Below the pieces are notes generated by a model. That model made no database searches and was not told where the DNA came from. It saw only the letters and a list, made by a program, of their open reading frames with translations. A stretch of DNA of 63,794 nt, counting the filler. It is 4 parts of 4 records of this genome, joined end to end, with 100 filler letters (N's around TTAATTAATTAA, not from the genome) between each part and the next. Parts side by side here need not be neighbours in the genome. Positions count along the whole stretch, not along the records: positions 1 to 27,975 come from DRR723986_7116; 3 more parts are not named here. One strand, given 5' to 3'. How positions within the stretch are numbered: the stretch's first letter is position 1; the number at the start of each line of letters is the position of its first letter. Below, piece after piece: positions 10,160 through 19,636 of this stretch. A program made the position numbers and the translations under genes.

Positions 10160-11343
10160 TCGAAGGTTGGCGCTGGTATGGCGGCTATGACCGCATCTCG
10201 CTTTCTGAAATCGCCCAGACCGGTGCTGTCAGCATCGTCACGGCACTGCACGAAATTCCCTACGGCCAGATCTGGCCTCGCGAAACAATCGCGAACACCA
10301 GGACCCGGCTCCACGCTGCCGGTTTCGACTGGACCGTGGTGGAAAGCCTGCCGGTTCACGAAGCCATCAAGCGCGGGGAAGGCGATCTTTCGGAACTCTT
10401 CGCCAACTACCGGCAATCGATGGCAAACCTGGCCGCTGAAGGCATAAAGGTCATCTGCTACAACTTCATGCCGTTGCTCGACTGGACCCGGACGGACCTG
10501 GCCGCGCCCGTGGCACGTGGCGGTACCTGCCTGCGGTTTTCCGCTGCCAGGATGGCGGCCTTCGAAATCTACATGGTCAAGCGACCCAAGGCGGAAGACG
10601 ATTATTGCGAACAGGTTCTGGTCGAGGCAAAACGCTGGTTTGATGCCGCAAAACAGCCGGACCTCGACCGCTTGACCCAGGCCATCATGGCGGGTCTGCC
10701 CGGGGCCTATGATCGTTACGACCCGAACGGCCTGCGTGAGGCACTGGTGCCCTATCAGGGACTCGACCGGGCGGCACTCAGACAAAACCACAAGCGCTTC
10801 CTGGAGGAAGTGGTCCCGGCGGCCGAAGAGCTTGGCCTGAAACTGGCGGTACATCCGGATGACCCGCCCCGGGATCTGCTCGGTCTTCCGCGGATCGTCT
10901 CGGATGCGGACGACATCGACTGGATCCTGTCGGCGGTGGACAGCCCGTCCAATGGCCTGACGCTGTGCTCGGGCTCACTTGGCGCCAACCCGAAGAACGA
11001 TGTCCCTGCAATCGCGGAACGCTTTGCCGGCAAGATCCATTTCGCCCATCTGCGCAATGTCGCGAAAGATCCGGATGGTTCGTTCGAGGAAGCAGCGCAT
11101 CTTGGCGGCGACACCGACATGCCTGCATTGCTCGGCGTTCTTCTTGGCGAAGAAGCCGGACGGCGACACGAGGGCCGTAAAGATGACGAAATCGTCTTCC
11201 GGCCAGATCATGGCCACGAGCTGCTGAGCGACGCCGACCGCGGTGCGCATCCGGGCTATCCCCTGATCGGGCGAATGCGCGGACTGGCGGAACTGCGCGG
11301 CGTTATCGCAGGTTTGACGGCTCGCCGCGCTGTCCAGGCCTAG
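10156..11343 (+). CDS. uxuA: Mannonate dehydratase
   Basis: WRWYG, VVESLPVHE, CYNFMP.LDWTRT, HPDDPP, RPDHGH, GYPLIGRMRGLAELRG. Confidence 0.95.
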   Translation: MIEGWRWYGGYDRISLSEIAQTGAVSIVTALHEIPYGQIWPRETIANTRTRLHAAGFDWTVVESLPVHEAIKRGEGDLSELFANYRQSMANLAAEGIKVICYNFMPLLDWTRTDLAAPVARGGTCLRFSAARMAAFEIYMVKRPKAEDDYCEQVLVEAKRWFDAAKQPDLDRLTQAIMAGLPGAYDRYDPNGLREALVPYQGLDRAALRQNHKRFLEEVVPAAEELGLKLAVHPDDPPRDLLGLPRIVSDADDIDWILSAVDSPSNGLTLCSGSLGANPKNDVPAIAERFAGKIHFAHLRNVAKDPDGSFEEAAHLGGDTDMPALLGVLLGEEAGRRHEGRKDDEIVFRPDHGHELLSDADRGAHPGYPLIGRMRGLAELRGVIAGLTARRAVQA

Positions 11344-12968
11344 CCGTTACACAGGACATGCCCTCGGACTTCGTCTTCGGGCACGCCCAGCGCCTTCAGA
11401 AGAGACGGATCGATAACGGTTTCGGAGCGGTTCAGCAGATCCTTGTTGGCCCGCCCGATGGCCTTGCGCGTGTTCGGGCCGAGCGACCCGTCCGGAGTAC
11501 CCACGTCGATGCCGCTGTTGTTGAGACCGGCCTGCACCAGCCGCACAAGACCGGCATCATATTCATCGACCTGACCGCAGAACTCCCGGGGCACCTCGGC
11601 AAAGGCGAGGCTTGCCGGGATGCGTTTGAAGGATGTCTCGAACGTTCCCATGTTTTCGGCGAACAGCTCGACAAAATAGAGCAGCGCAACCCGGTGATTG
11701 TACTCCTTCAGCGCCAGACCAACCTCGGTATTGTCGATCCCTGCGGCAATGTTCATCAAGGCCGACGCATCCCGGTCTCGAAACCCCGAAAGCTTGCCGT
11801 TGGCTTCCAGTTTGAACAACGCCACTTGCCCGAAGTCACCGAGCAGACATTTCGAACTGCCATCGCAGACGTAGGACCGCCAGCTGTCGCCATCCGGGCC
11901 CTTCACCCCCAGGCAGACAAAATTCTGCCCGGTGACATAGGTCAGGAAAGTGCGTTCGTTCGATTGCAGATTGGCCAGCAGGTCCTGCGACACGGTGTTG
12001 AAGCGTCCTTGATACAGGCTGGAACAATAGGACAGCATCTGGCTGCGGCTGAGATTTGACAGATCCTGCGGACGTCCAACGACGAAGATCCCTTCAGCAG
12101 CCATTTCCGCCAGCGACAAGTGATACATGGACCCGGGCTTCGTGCCGTACATGTTGCGCATGAAGCCGATGCCGATACCTGTGCTGAGGAAATAGTCCGT
12201 AACCTCGTTGACGCCCCGATTGATCAGCTGAACGACCTGCCCGACCTGCTCCGCGCTGTAGTTGCCCTCAGGAAGCTGGATATAAGGCTGATGAATGCCG
12301 AGACGGGCGGTTTCATGAGCAAAACGGCGAGGAAAGAAGAACCCCTCGTATCGCGTGTAGCCCGCCAGAAAGACCAGGGAACAGGCGGACTCGCAGACGG
12401 CATTTTCCGGCAGCAGCGTGATGAAGTTCTGCTCCGCGATGTATTTGCCGATTTCCAGCGCCTCGCGCAGGTTGCCGCCCGGGCTGTTGAGGGAAATCAC
12501 GTTGTTATAGGGGCAGTAGCCGGGTCTCAGGCAGTCCGAAAAGCCGGTGCGTTCCACAAGAGCCTTCAGGTGATCGAGGTCCCCCTTCTGGATCTGTCCC
12601 TCGATGGAAATGACCTTGCCCGTCTTTAGCCCACCCCAGGCCGGCACGATATGCAGTGTCTCATAGGTATGTGCGCCATCGCCCGCGATGCCGTTTTCGA
12701 AATAAGGCAATGATCCGTCCTTGACGGCGCTCTTCGATGTGAAGCCGTCTTCAACGCCCTTGGCGTGACCGACGGCTTCTGCGCTCACCGTCCCAAGGTC
12801 CAGAAGCTGGTAACCGGCAGCTGCTGCAGGATTGCTGTCGAGAAGACGCATTTCCGCAGCGTGGGCCGCCGAAAAGGCAGGAAAACATACAACCACCGAC
12901 GCAAGCGTCTGTATTACGCTTCGGGCAAAGCCTTTTCCCGCCACCGCCGCTACAGCGTTTCGCAACAT
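11340..12968 (-). CDS. Exported ClpP/crotonase-fold (COG3904-like) protein with C-terminal peptidoglycan-binding domain
   Basis: Signal peptide ending AHA-A; IEGQIQKGD, LNSPGG, CESAC, LGIHQP; C-terminal VQAGLNNSGIDVGTPDGSLGPNTRKAI matches PG_binding_1. Start taken at MLRNAV; the ORF track extends to 13091. Confidence 0.7.
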   Translation of the reverse strand: MLRNAVAAVAGKGFARSVIQTLASVVVCFPAFSAAHAAEMRLLDSNPAAAAGYQLLDLGTVSAEAVGHAKGVEDGFTSKSAVKDGSLPYFENGIAGDGAHTYETLHIVPAWGGLKTGKVISIEGQIQKGDLDHLKALVERTGFSDCLRPGYCPYNNVISLNSPGGNLREALEIGKYIAEQNFITLLPENAVCESACSLVFLAGYTRYEGFFFPRRFAHETARLGIHQPYIQLPEGNYSAEQVGQVVQLINRGVNEVTDYFLSTGIGIGFMRNMYGTKPGSMYHLSLAEMAAEGIFVVGRPQDLSNLSRSQMLSYCSSLYQGRFNTVSQDLLANLQSNERTFLTYVTGQNFVCLGVKGPDGDSWRSYVCDGSSKCLLGDFGQVALFKLEANGKLSGFRDRDASALMNIAAGIDNTEVGLALKEYNHRVALLYFVELFAENMGTFETSFKRIPASLAFAEVPREFCGQVDEYDAGLVRLVQAGLNNSGIDVGTPDGSLGPNTRKAIGRANKDLLNRSETVIDPSLLKALGVPEDEVRGHVLCNG

Positions 12969-13150
12969 GATCAGCCCCTCATTCAATCCAGTTGTCTGCA
13001 ATTTGATTTTGTAAGGCCGCAAATGTGGCAGGGATGATGGGACAGCGTCAAATACCCAACTGACGCAGTGGCCACTTTCATTTTTTGCCAACCGTATGGT
13101 AGAAGCGGATCAATCCGAGAAACGACCACGTAACGGTTCGGGATATTGCC

Positions 13151-13819
13151 ATGAAGCCTTTTGCATTTCTTTTGATTTTTATTTCCCTGGCTCTGCCTGC
13201 CGCGGCGCAAAGCACTATCACGCTTGAGGATTTCGATCTTGGCGGCGACACCAAACCCGCAACTTCCGCCTCGCGTGACGCCAGTGCCCCGGCGGAGACC
13301 GACATGGAAAAATGCCTGCTTGATCAGGCCGCCTGCAGCAACTCGGAATTCAAGTCAAACACCGCCCTCTCGATGGACGATGTAGTGAATCTCAAGCTTG
13401 TCGATCGAGAAGGTGCTGCCTCCACCCCGCCACCAGTCGGCGGCTCTTCGGAAACCGCGTCATCGGCACCACTGCCGACGATCGACATGGAAATCCTGTT
13501 CGACTACAACTCGGCGTCGCTGCGTCCGGACCAGGCCGCGAAGATTACCGAACTCTCGCGCATTCTGAGCCAGGACAAGTTCAAGAACTATCGCTTCCTG
13601 CTGCTTGGCCACACGGATGCAAAGGGCAGCGCACAGTACAATCTTGCCCTCTCGCAACAGCGCGCCCAGACGGTCGCAGGTTTCGTTGCAGCCTGGGGCG
13701 AGCTTTCAGAGCAGCGTGTTCTGGCAAGCGGAATGGGCGCCTCCAGACTGAAGGACCAGAGCGATCCCTACGGCGAACAGAACCGCCGCGTCCAGCTGGT
13801 CCTGCTGCCGGTCAACTGA
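13151..13819 (+). CDS. Exported OmpA-like C-terminal domain (peptidoglycan-binding) protein
   Basis: Signal peptide AAA-Q; ILFDYNSASL, GHTDAKGSAQYNLALSQQRA, QNRRV; no beta-barrel region. Confidence 0.88.
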   Translation: MKPFAFLLIFISLALPAAAQSTITLEDFDLGGDTKPATSASRDASAPAETDMEKCLLDQAACSNSEFKSNTALSMDDVVNLKLVDREGAASTPPPVGGSSETASSAPLPTIDMEILFDYNSASLRPDQAAKITELSRILSQDKFKNYRFLLLGHTDAKGSAQYNLALSQQRAQTVAGFVAAWGELSEQRVLASGMGASRLKDQSDPYGEQNRRVQLVLLPVN

Positions 13820-13966
13820 TCCTCACAAGAGGACCTGCCTACACAGTCGCCTCCCCGACGTCCTCCCGGCCAATCGAAGCGCGGGCTGGACTCGGGGATG
13901 CACAGGCCTTTCGGTCTCAGAGCGCGGGCGCATCTTCGTTGAAAGCGACTCGCCTCTTCTCCTGCG

Positions 13967-15178
13967 TCAGTTGATCTTGAACTCGGCAAAATGATAGGCA
14001 ACCCGTTCCGGGTCGGACCCGATGGTCCCGGACATCTCGTTTTGCGCGAGCTGTCCGTTGATCCGCCTGAGCACTTCCTTCTTCTGCTGATCGGAAAGAG
14101 CGGGTCCCATTGAGCAGAAGAAGCCGATACGGTTCGCCCCCTTCTCGTCCGCTTCTTCCACGACAAGGCCATAGCGCGAGCCGGGCGAGATTTCGTACCG
14201 GATCTTGCCGCCGCCGAGTTCAACCGTCTTGAAGTACGAAGTCGGGATCGGCGTCACCCGGTTTGACGGCGTTATATTAAAGAAATCCGGTGCGCACTGC
14301 TGCGGCACATCCGCCAGAACCGAGACTTCCTCGCCGGCACTGACCGAACCGGGATAGACCGCCAGCAAGGTCTGCTGATCATCTGTCTCCGGAGCGGCTG
14401 CGTTGGTGCGCTTGAAATAGAATTCCGTCTGCATCTGAGACAGCTGCTGCGGCCGCTGCTCGCCGTCGGTTTCGGCCATCACGTCACGCGTCACCCGCTT
14501 CATCAAGACGGAGACTTCCGCATCCGGTGTGGCGACATGGCGGGCTAGCGCCTTGGCGAAAGGCGAGTTCTGTCCGGCACCATCCTTTGCAACGGAATTC
14601 GGCAGGGTGGCGAAAGTGACCAGCATGTCGCCAACCGTGCGGATAGGGGCAAGCCCGCGGGTGATCCCGGCGGACCGCCCGTCGGAGGAGGACTGCGACA
14701 ACAGATGTTCGGCAAAGGGGTTGTTGCGGCAGGCATCAAGGAACAGGAGACTGATCGGCACCTCTTCCATCACCTCCATGAACGAACGCAGACTGACCGT
14801 TTCCCGTTCGATCGAGGTCGCAGATTTCAGTTGAGCATCCACGGGGATCAGAAAGTTCTCACCATCCTTCTGAATGCCATGGCCTGCGAAATAGAGCACC
14901 GCCACATCCAGGTCCGGAGCACGATCGGCAAGATCGTCCAGGACCTTGCCAAGACCGTCCTCATCAAGGTCGAAATGAACCGAAACTTCGAATCCGACCG
15001 CTTCCAGCGACTTGGCGACAAGATCCGCATCCCGTGCCGGGTTTCCGAGCCGGCCGATCTTCTCATAGGCCGAATTACCGATAACAAGCGCAAAGCGGTT
15101 TTCGTCCGCCTGCGCCAGACCGGCGGCCATCAGAAAAAGACAGCAGAACCCCGTCAAAAGCCTGACACATCTCGACAT
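13967..15178 (-). CDS. Exported caspase-family (peptidase C14) protein, orthocaspase/paracaspase-like
   Basis: Signal peptide AQA-D; RFALVIGNSAY, LYFAGHG (catalytic His), LDACRNNP (catalytic Cys), NSPFAKAL, QRP. The ORF track starts at 15238. Confidence 0.9.
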   Translation of the reverse strand: MSRCVRLLTGFCCLFLMAAGLAQADENRFALVIGNSAYEKIGRLGNPARDADLVAKSLEAVGFEVSVHFDLDEDGLGKVLDDLADRAPDLDVAVLYFAGHGIQKDGENFLIPVDAQLKSATSIERETVSLRSFMEVMEEVPISLLFLDACRNNPFAEHLLSQSSSDGRSAGITRGLAPIRTVGDMLVTFATLPNSVAKDGAGQNSPFAKALARHVATPDAEVSVLMKRVTRDVMAETDGEQRPQQLSQMQTEFYFKRTNAAAPETDDQQTLLAVYPGSVSAGEEVSVLADVPQQCAPDFFNITPSNRVTPIPTSYFKTVELGGGKIRYEISPGSRYGLVVEEADEKGANRIGFFCSMGPALSDQQKKEVLRRINGQLAQNEMSGTIGSDPERVAYHFAEFKIN

Positions 15179-15458
15179 TTGACCGCCCGGCACCACTGCA
15201 ACCTCATCCTTAGAAATCATCAATTTGAAATACCTCATGACGCCCTGACAATTGACTCAAGCGACCCTGCGTGATGTTGTCTTGCGAACAGATTGAAACG
15301 CAATAAGGAACGGAGAAGCAACCGGGATTTTACACCGGTGCGTCAGTTGCAACGTCTGCGAGCCTGGAAACAACCGCCCCTCAACCTTTCGCTGCAAACA
15401 CCCGCCAGACCGACCTATTTTATAATTTATCATGCAAGAGTTGGAGAGACTTTCCAGC

Positions 15459-16445
15459 ATGTCGCTTATCCGAACTGTTTTACCCGCCCGCCTTATGCAT
15501 CTGGCGGGTCTTGCCGTCTCCGCCGTCATCGCCCTGCCCCTCCTGACCACTGACGCTTCAGCACAACTCGTTTCATGCGAGAGCATTCAGAAGGACTGGC
15601 TTGCGATGCCGCTGAGCGCCGGTCACGAAGTCCGCGTCAGAATCTACGACCAGGCCTTCAATGACAGCGATTGCGACGGCATGGTGGTGGAAGGCTTCGG
15701 CAAGGAAATCATCGATGCCCGGCTCGACGTCATCGCGCCGTTTCAGGATCTTGAAGGCTATACCGGCAACCTTGAAACCCTGAAACAGGACCTGGCCGAC
15801 CTTCAGGAATTCGGCAGCCACTGGCGTATTTCCTATCTGCTCGGCGAAATTCTGCGCAAGCAGCAGCAAACCCTGCCCGCGTTCCGCGCCTATCAGGAAG
15901 CCCTTGGCCTGGTGGATGACACCGAGCTGACCCCTGCGGAACCGGCACATGCCATGATCGCCCGGCTGCGCGACCGCCTGGATGAACTGGCGGTGGTCGT
16001 TGCCCAGATTTCAGAGGAACCGGGAGACATCAAGATTCCGGTCACCCGCAGCGGACAGTCGATCTCGCAATACAGCTTTTCCACGCGCGGCTACAAACGC
16101 AAGAAGACCCTGGTTCCGATCCAGTTCGTCTACGATCAGGATGTCATGACCAAAGCCGGCCGAACCAGCTTTGAAGACGTGCAGGAAGCTCTGGAAAAGC
16201 AGGGCTCCCCGGACATCCAAGTCGTCGGCCACACCGATCCGGTCGGCTCTGATGCCTACAACATGCAACTGTCCATGAAGCGTGCCGAGGCCGTACGTAG
16301 CGCCTTGCTGGCAGCCGGATACTCCGGCTCCATCGAGGTGCTTGGCATGGGTGAAAGCCAGCCGTTCCAGTTCGACGATCCATCCCTCTACACCGAGGAC
16401 GTGCGCAATCAGGCGCACCGACGTGTTGAATTCGTCCAGAAATAG
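15459..16445 (+). CDS. Exported protein with a helical (TPR-like) N-domain and an OmpA-like C-domain
   Basis: GGAGAG RBS; signal peptide ASA-Q; WRISYLLGEILRKQ...AFRAYQEAL is TPR-like; GHTDPVGSDAYNMQLSMKRAEAV and HRRVEF. Confidence 0.82.
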   Translation: MSLIRTVLPARLMHLAGLAVSAVIALPLLTTDASAQLVSCESIQKDWLAMPLSAGHEVRVRIYDQAFNDSDCDGMVVEGFGKEIIDARLDVIAPFQDLEGYTGNLETLKQDLADLQEFGSHWRISYLLGEILRKQQQTLPAFRAYQEALGLVDDTELTPAEPAHAMIARLRDRLDELAVVVAQISEEPGDIKIPVTRSGQSISQYSFSTRGYKRKKTLVPIQFVYDQDVMTKAGRTSFEDVQEALEKQGSPDIQVVGHTDPVGSDAYNMQLSMKRAEAVRSALLAAGYSGSIEVLGMGESQPFQFDDPSLYTEDVRNQAHRRVEFVQK

Positions 16446-16455
16446 GCCGGCCCGC

Positions 16456-18060
16456 ATGACCAGATCCATTCTGCCGGCCTCCGCGGCTTTCCTGAAAAAG
16501 CGGGTGCCGGGATTTGCCCCTGCCCTCGTGCTTGCAGCAGGCCTTGCCGCGCCGCTTCCCGCATTTGCCGGCAATCTCTACGGCCTCGTCATCGGCATTG
16601 ACGACTATCAGCACATCACCGACCTCAAGGGCGCTGTCAATGACGCGAGAGATGTTGCCGGAACACTGGAAAAGCTGGAGGCCAGCAAGGTCATTCTGCT
16701 GACCGATGCCGAAGCCACGCGGGACAAAGTCTTTGCCTCGTGGCGGGAGCTGACGGAACTTGCCGGCCCGGGGGATACGCTGGTGTTTCATTATGCAGGT
16801 CACGGTGCCCGGCAGGAAGCGATCCTTCCCGGGCACGAAGAACTCGACAACATGTTCCTGCTGGCGGGCTTCGACGAAACCGGCCCGGGTGTCAACGAGC
16901 GTATCATCGACAACGAGGTCGGCCATCTGCTGGCCGAAGAAAAGGAAGCAACCGTCGTCTTCGTCGCCGACAGCTGTTTTGCAGGCGATATGGCCCGGGC
17001 GGCCGATTTCCGCGCCGAAGTAAATGTGCGCGTAGCCGATGTTCGGGTCGACAAATCCTCTGACAGGATCGCCGACCGGGTGAGGCAACTTGGCGAAGTT
17101 GAGGAAGATGCACTTCAAAATGTCATCTGGCTTTATGCCCAGGACCGCAACAAGGTCACCCAGGAAGTGCGGATCGGCGAAGAGCTGCGCGGTGCGCTCT
17201 CCTATGCCTTTTCCCGCGCTCTTGAGGGTGAAGCGGACGGTGACAGCGACAGCGTTTTGAACACGGCCGAACTGAAGCGTTACGTCAACAGCTCGGTCAA
17301 GCACCATACCGAACGGCGGCAACGGCCGGAAGTCAATGCCGGATCCAGGGACCTGGAAATCCTGCTGCATGATGCTGCCGGCACGCCTGCCCCGAGCGCC
17401 GGACTACCGGAACTGACGCTCTACGCCGCCCCCGGCGAGACAATTCCAGCCCTGTCAGGCATCCGCAAGGTCGACAGCAAGGCTGAGGCCGATCTGATTT
17501 ATGACGGCGACGGTTCTTCACTGGTCTACAAGACCGGTGACGTGATCGCCTCGTTTCCCGCCCCGCCTTCCGCCGAGGCCCTGCAGGCGACCGTCGACAA
17601 ATGGCGCTTCCTTGCCTTCCTGATCGGCTTTGCCGAAACTGAAGGTCCGGAACTGGACCTCTCCGACGGCAGCCGGACCTATATCGAAGGTGAGCAGGTG
17701 ACATTCTCGATCCGCTCGTCCGGCAACGAAAATGTGGTCCTGTTCAACCTCGCTTCAAACGGGGCAGTTCAACTGGTCGGCCCCGTTCGCAGAGGCAAGC
17801 GCGGCCTGGCTGCCGGCAAGCTCCGGCCTGGCCGGACGGACAGCTTCCGATCCGCGGTGATCCCGCCTTTCGGCGCCGACCATCTCATCGCCATCACCAC
17901 ACCGTCCCCCATGCCCGATCTCGTGGATGCGGTTCAGGACGCACAACAATACAACGATCTCGCCGCCCTGGCCAAGGAAATCGGCCACACGCTCGACGGC
18001 CAGTCCTTCGGCCTGGACTGGGTCGGGCTTTATACGCGCGCAAAGGGAGACCTTCAGTGA
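16456..18060 (+). CDS. Exported metacaspase-like C14 peptidase with C-terminal DUF4384-like domain
   Basis: Signal peptide AFA-G; GLVIGIDDY, LKGAVNDA, FHYAGHG, ADSCFAG; ADGDSDSVLNTAEL loop; tail TYIEGEQVTF...VLFNLASNGAVQL...PPFGADHLIAIT. Confidence 0.85.
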   Translation: MTRSILPASAAFLKKRVPGFAPALVLAAGLAAPLPAFAGNLYGLVIGIDDYQHITDLKGAVNDARDVAGTLEKLEASKVILLTDAEATRDKVFASWRELTELAGPGDTLVFHYAGHGARQEAILPGHEELDNMFLLAGFDETGPGVNERIIDNEVGHLLAEEKEATVVFVADSCFAGDMARAADFRAEVNVRVADVRVDKSSDRIADRVRQLGEVEEDALQNVIWLYAQDRNKVTQEVRIGEELRGALSYAFSRALEGEADGDSDSVLNTAELKRYVNSSVKHHTERRQRPEVNAGSRDLEILLHDAAGTPAPSAGLPELTLYAAPGETIPALSGIRKVDSKAEADLIYDGDGSSLVYKTGDVIASFPAPPSAEALQATVDKWRFLAFLIGFAETEGPELDLSDGSRTYIEGEQVTFSIRSSGNENVVLFNLASNGAVQLVGPVRRGKRGLAAGKLRPGRTDSFRSAVIPPFGADHLIAITTPSPMPDLVDAVQDAQQYNDLAALAKEIGHTLDGQSFGLDWVGLYTRAKGDLQ

Positions 18061-19502
18061 AAACAGGATACCTCAAGGCCTTCGCGGCAACCATGTGCCT
18101 GTGCCTGTCCGCCGGCACGGTTCACGCCGCGCAAAAGGCATTGCTGATCGGCGCCGGTGTCTACCCTTATCTGGAACCGGACGCGCAGCTTTCAGGCCCT
18201 GCGAACGACGTGCGCCAGATGGCGGATTTCCTCAAGGGCGACTGGGGCTTTGCATCTTCCGATGTCCGCATCCTGGTGGAAGAAGGCGCGGCCAAGAACA
18301 ACATTCTGGGTTCCATCACCGGTTGGCTCGCCAGTGAAACGCGGCCGGGTGACCGCGTCATCATTTATTATTCCGGTCACGGCTCCCAGGTTCCCGATCG
18401 CAATGGCGACGAAGAGGACGGCCTCGATGAAACCTTCGTCCCGACCGATTACGGCCGCAGGGGTGCAAGGGCCGAGGATATGCTCACCGACGACGAGATC
18501 GCCTCCGCGCTGTCCACGCTGAAGGGCCGCGAAGTGATCCTGATCGCCGATTCCTGTCATTCAGGTACGGTCAACCGCGATGTCGTGCCGGATCTTGTTT
18601 CCAAGGGTCTTGATGCGAAAGCGCGCTACCTGCCGTTCTCGGGCGTTTCCAGGTCCCTGCCGGTGGTACGTGACGAAGAGCCTCTGGCACGCGAAACCAA
18701 CGTGCACTTGACCCTGTCCGCTGCGCTGCCGCACCAGCTGGCCTGGGAAACCAACGGCTCGGGCATCTTTACCCAGAACCTGATCCGGGGTCTACGCACG
18801 CGCGAGGCCGACCTCAACGGCAATGGCCGTGTCACCACCGCGGAACTTCTGAACTATCTGCGTCCGCGGACCGAACAATGGTGCCAGCGCGTGAAGGATT
18901 GCCGTGATCTGCAGTTCACGCCCAACATGTCACCGCGCAACGAAGCCTTCATTCTGCAACCGGCTTCGGCCGAAGGCCCTGTCCAGACGGTAACCGGGAA
19001 TACGGCCGACGATGTTTCCGACGTACTTCCGGAACAATCCTCGCAGGAAATCAAGGTCTCCATCCTGCCCGGCTCCGTACACCAGATCGGTGACGAGGTG
19101 CAATTCCAGCTCACCAGCGCGGTCGATGGCTACCTGACCCTTTTCGACCTGACCGTCGAAGACGATCTGGTGCTTCTGTTCCCGACCGATGAGGATCGCT
19201 CCGCCGGCAAGACCGGCCGCATCCGTGCCAACTCCGCGCTCACGGTTCCCGACCCGTCCTACGGCTTCAGCTTCGAGGCAGAGGCACCGGCGGGCAAGGG
19301 CAAGCTGCTGGCGATCGTGACCGAGGATCCGGTGGATCTGGAAAACCTTCTTGCTGCCAACGGCGAATTCGAGCCGATTGGCGACAAGATCGATTTCATG
19401 AAGGAACTTTCCGGCCGCCTCAACAAGGTCTGGACCGCGGACAACGCCAATCGCAGCGCCCGTTGGGCGGCCGGTTATCAGGATTATGAAATCCGGCAGT
19501 AA
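18057..19502 (+). CDS. Exported metacaspase-like C14 peptidase with C-terminal DUF4384-like domain
   Basis: Signal peptide VHA-A; KALLIG, LSGPANDV, YYSGHGSQVPDRNGDEEDGLDE, ADSCHSGT; ADLNGNGRVTTAEL; tail IGDEVQF...DGYLTLFD...LLFP...PAGKGKLLAIVT; GTGA overlap with the upstream gene. Confidence 0.9.
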   Translation: MKTGYLKAFAATMCLCLSAGTVHAAQKALLIGAGVYPYLEPDAQLSGPANDVRQMADFLKGDWGFASSDVRILVEEGAAKNNILGSITGWLASETRPGDRVIIYYSGHGSQVPDRNGDEEDGLDETFVPTDYGRRGARAEDMLTDDEIASALSTLKGREVILIADSCHSGTVNRDVVPDLVSKGLDAKARYLPFSGVSRSLPVVRDEEPLARETNVHLTLSAALPHQLAWETNGSGIFTQNLIRGLRTREADLNGNGRVTTAELLNYLRPRTEQWCQRVKDCRDLQFTPNMSPRNEAFILQPASAEGPVQTVTGNTADDVSDVLPEQSSQEIKVSILPGSVHQIGDEVQFQLTSAVDGYLTLFDLTVEDDLVLLFPTDEDRSAGKTGRIRANSALTVPDPSYGFSFEAEAPAGKGKLLAIVTEDPVDLENLLAANGEFEPIGDKIDFMKELSGRLNKVWTADNANRSARWAAGYQDYEIRQ

Positions 19503-19636
19503 TCCCTTGCAGGCTTGCTCAAGCAGGCCTCACACTTCAACTTCAAGCATCGCAAACGGGCCCTTTCCCGGACCTCGTTTGGTCAAGATCATCGGGGCGG
19601 CCCGGCGCCCGCTTCATACAGCAGTCGACGGTACCC

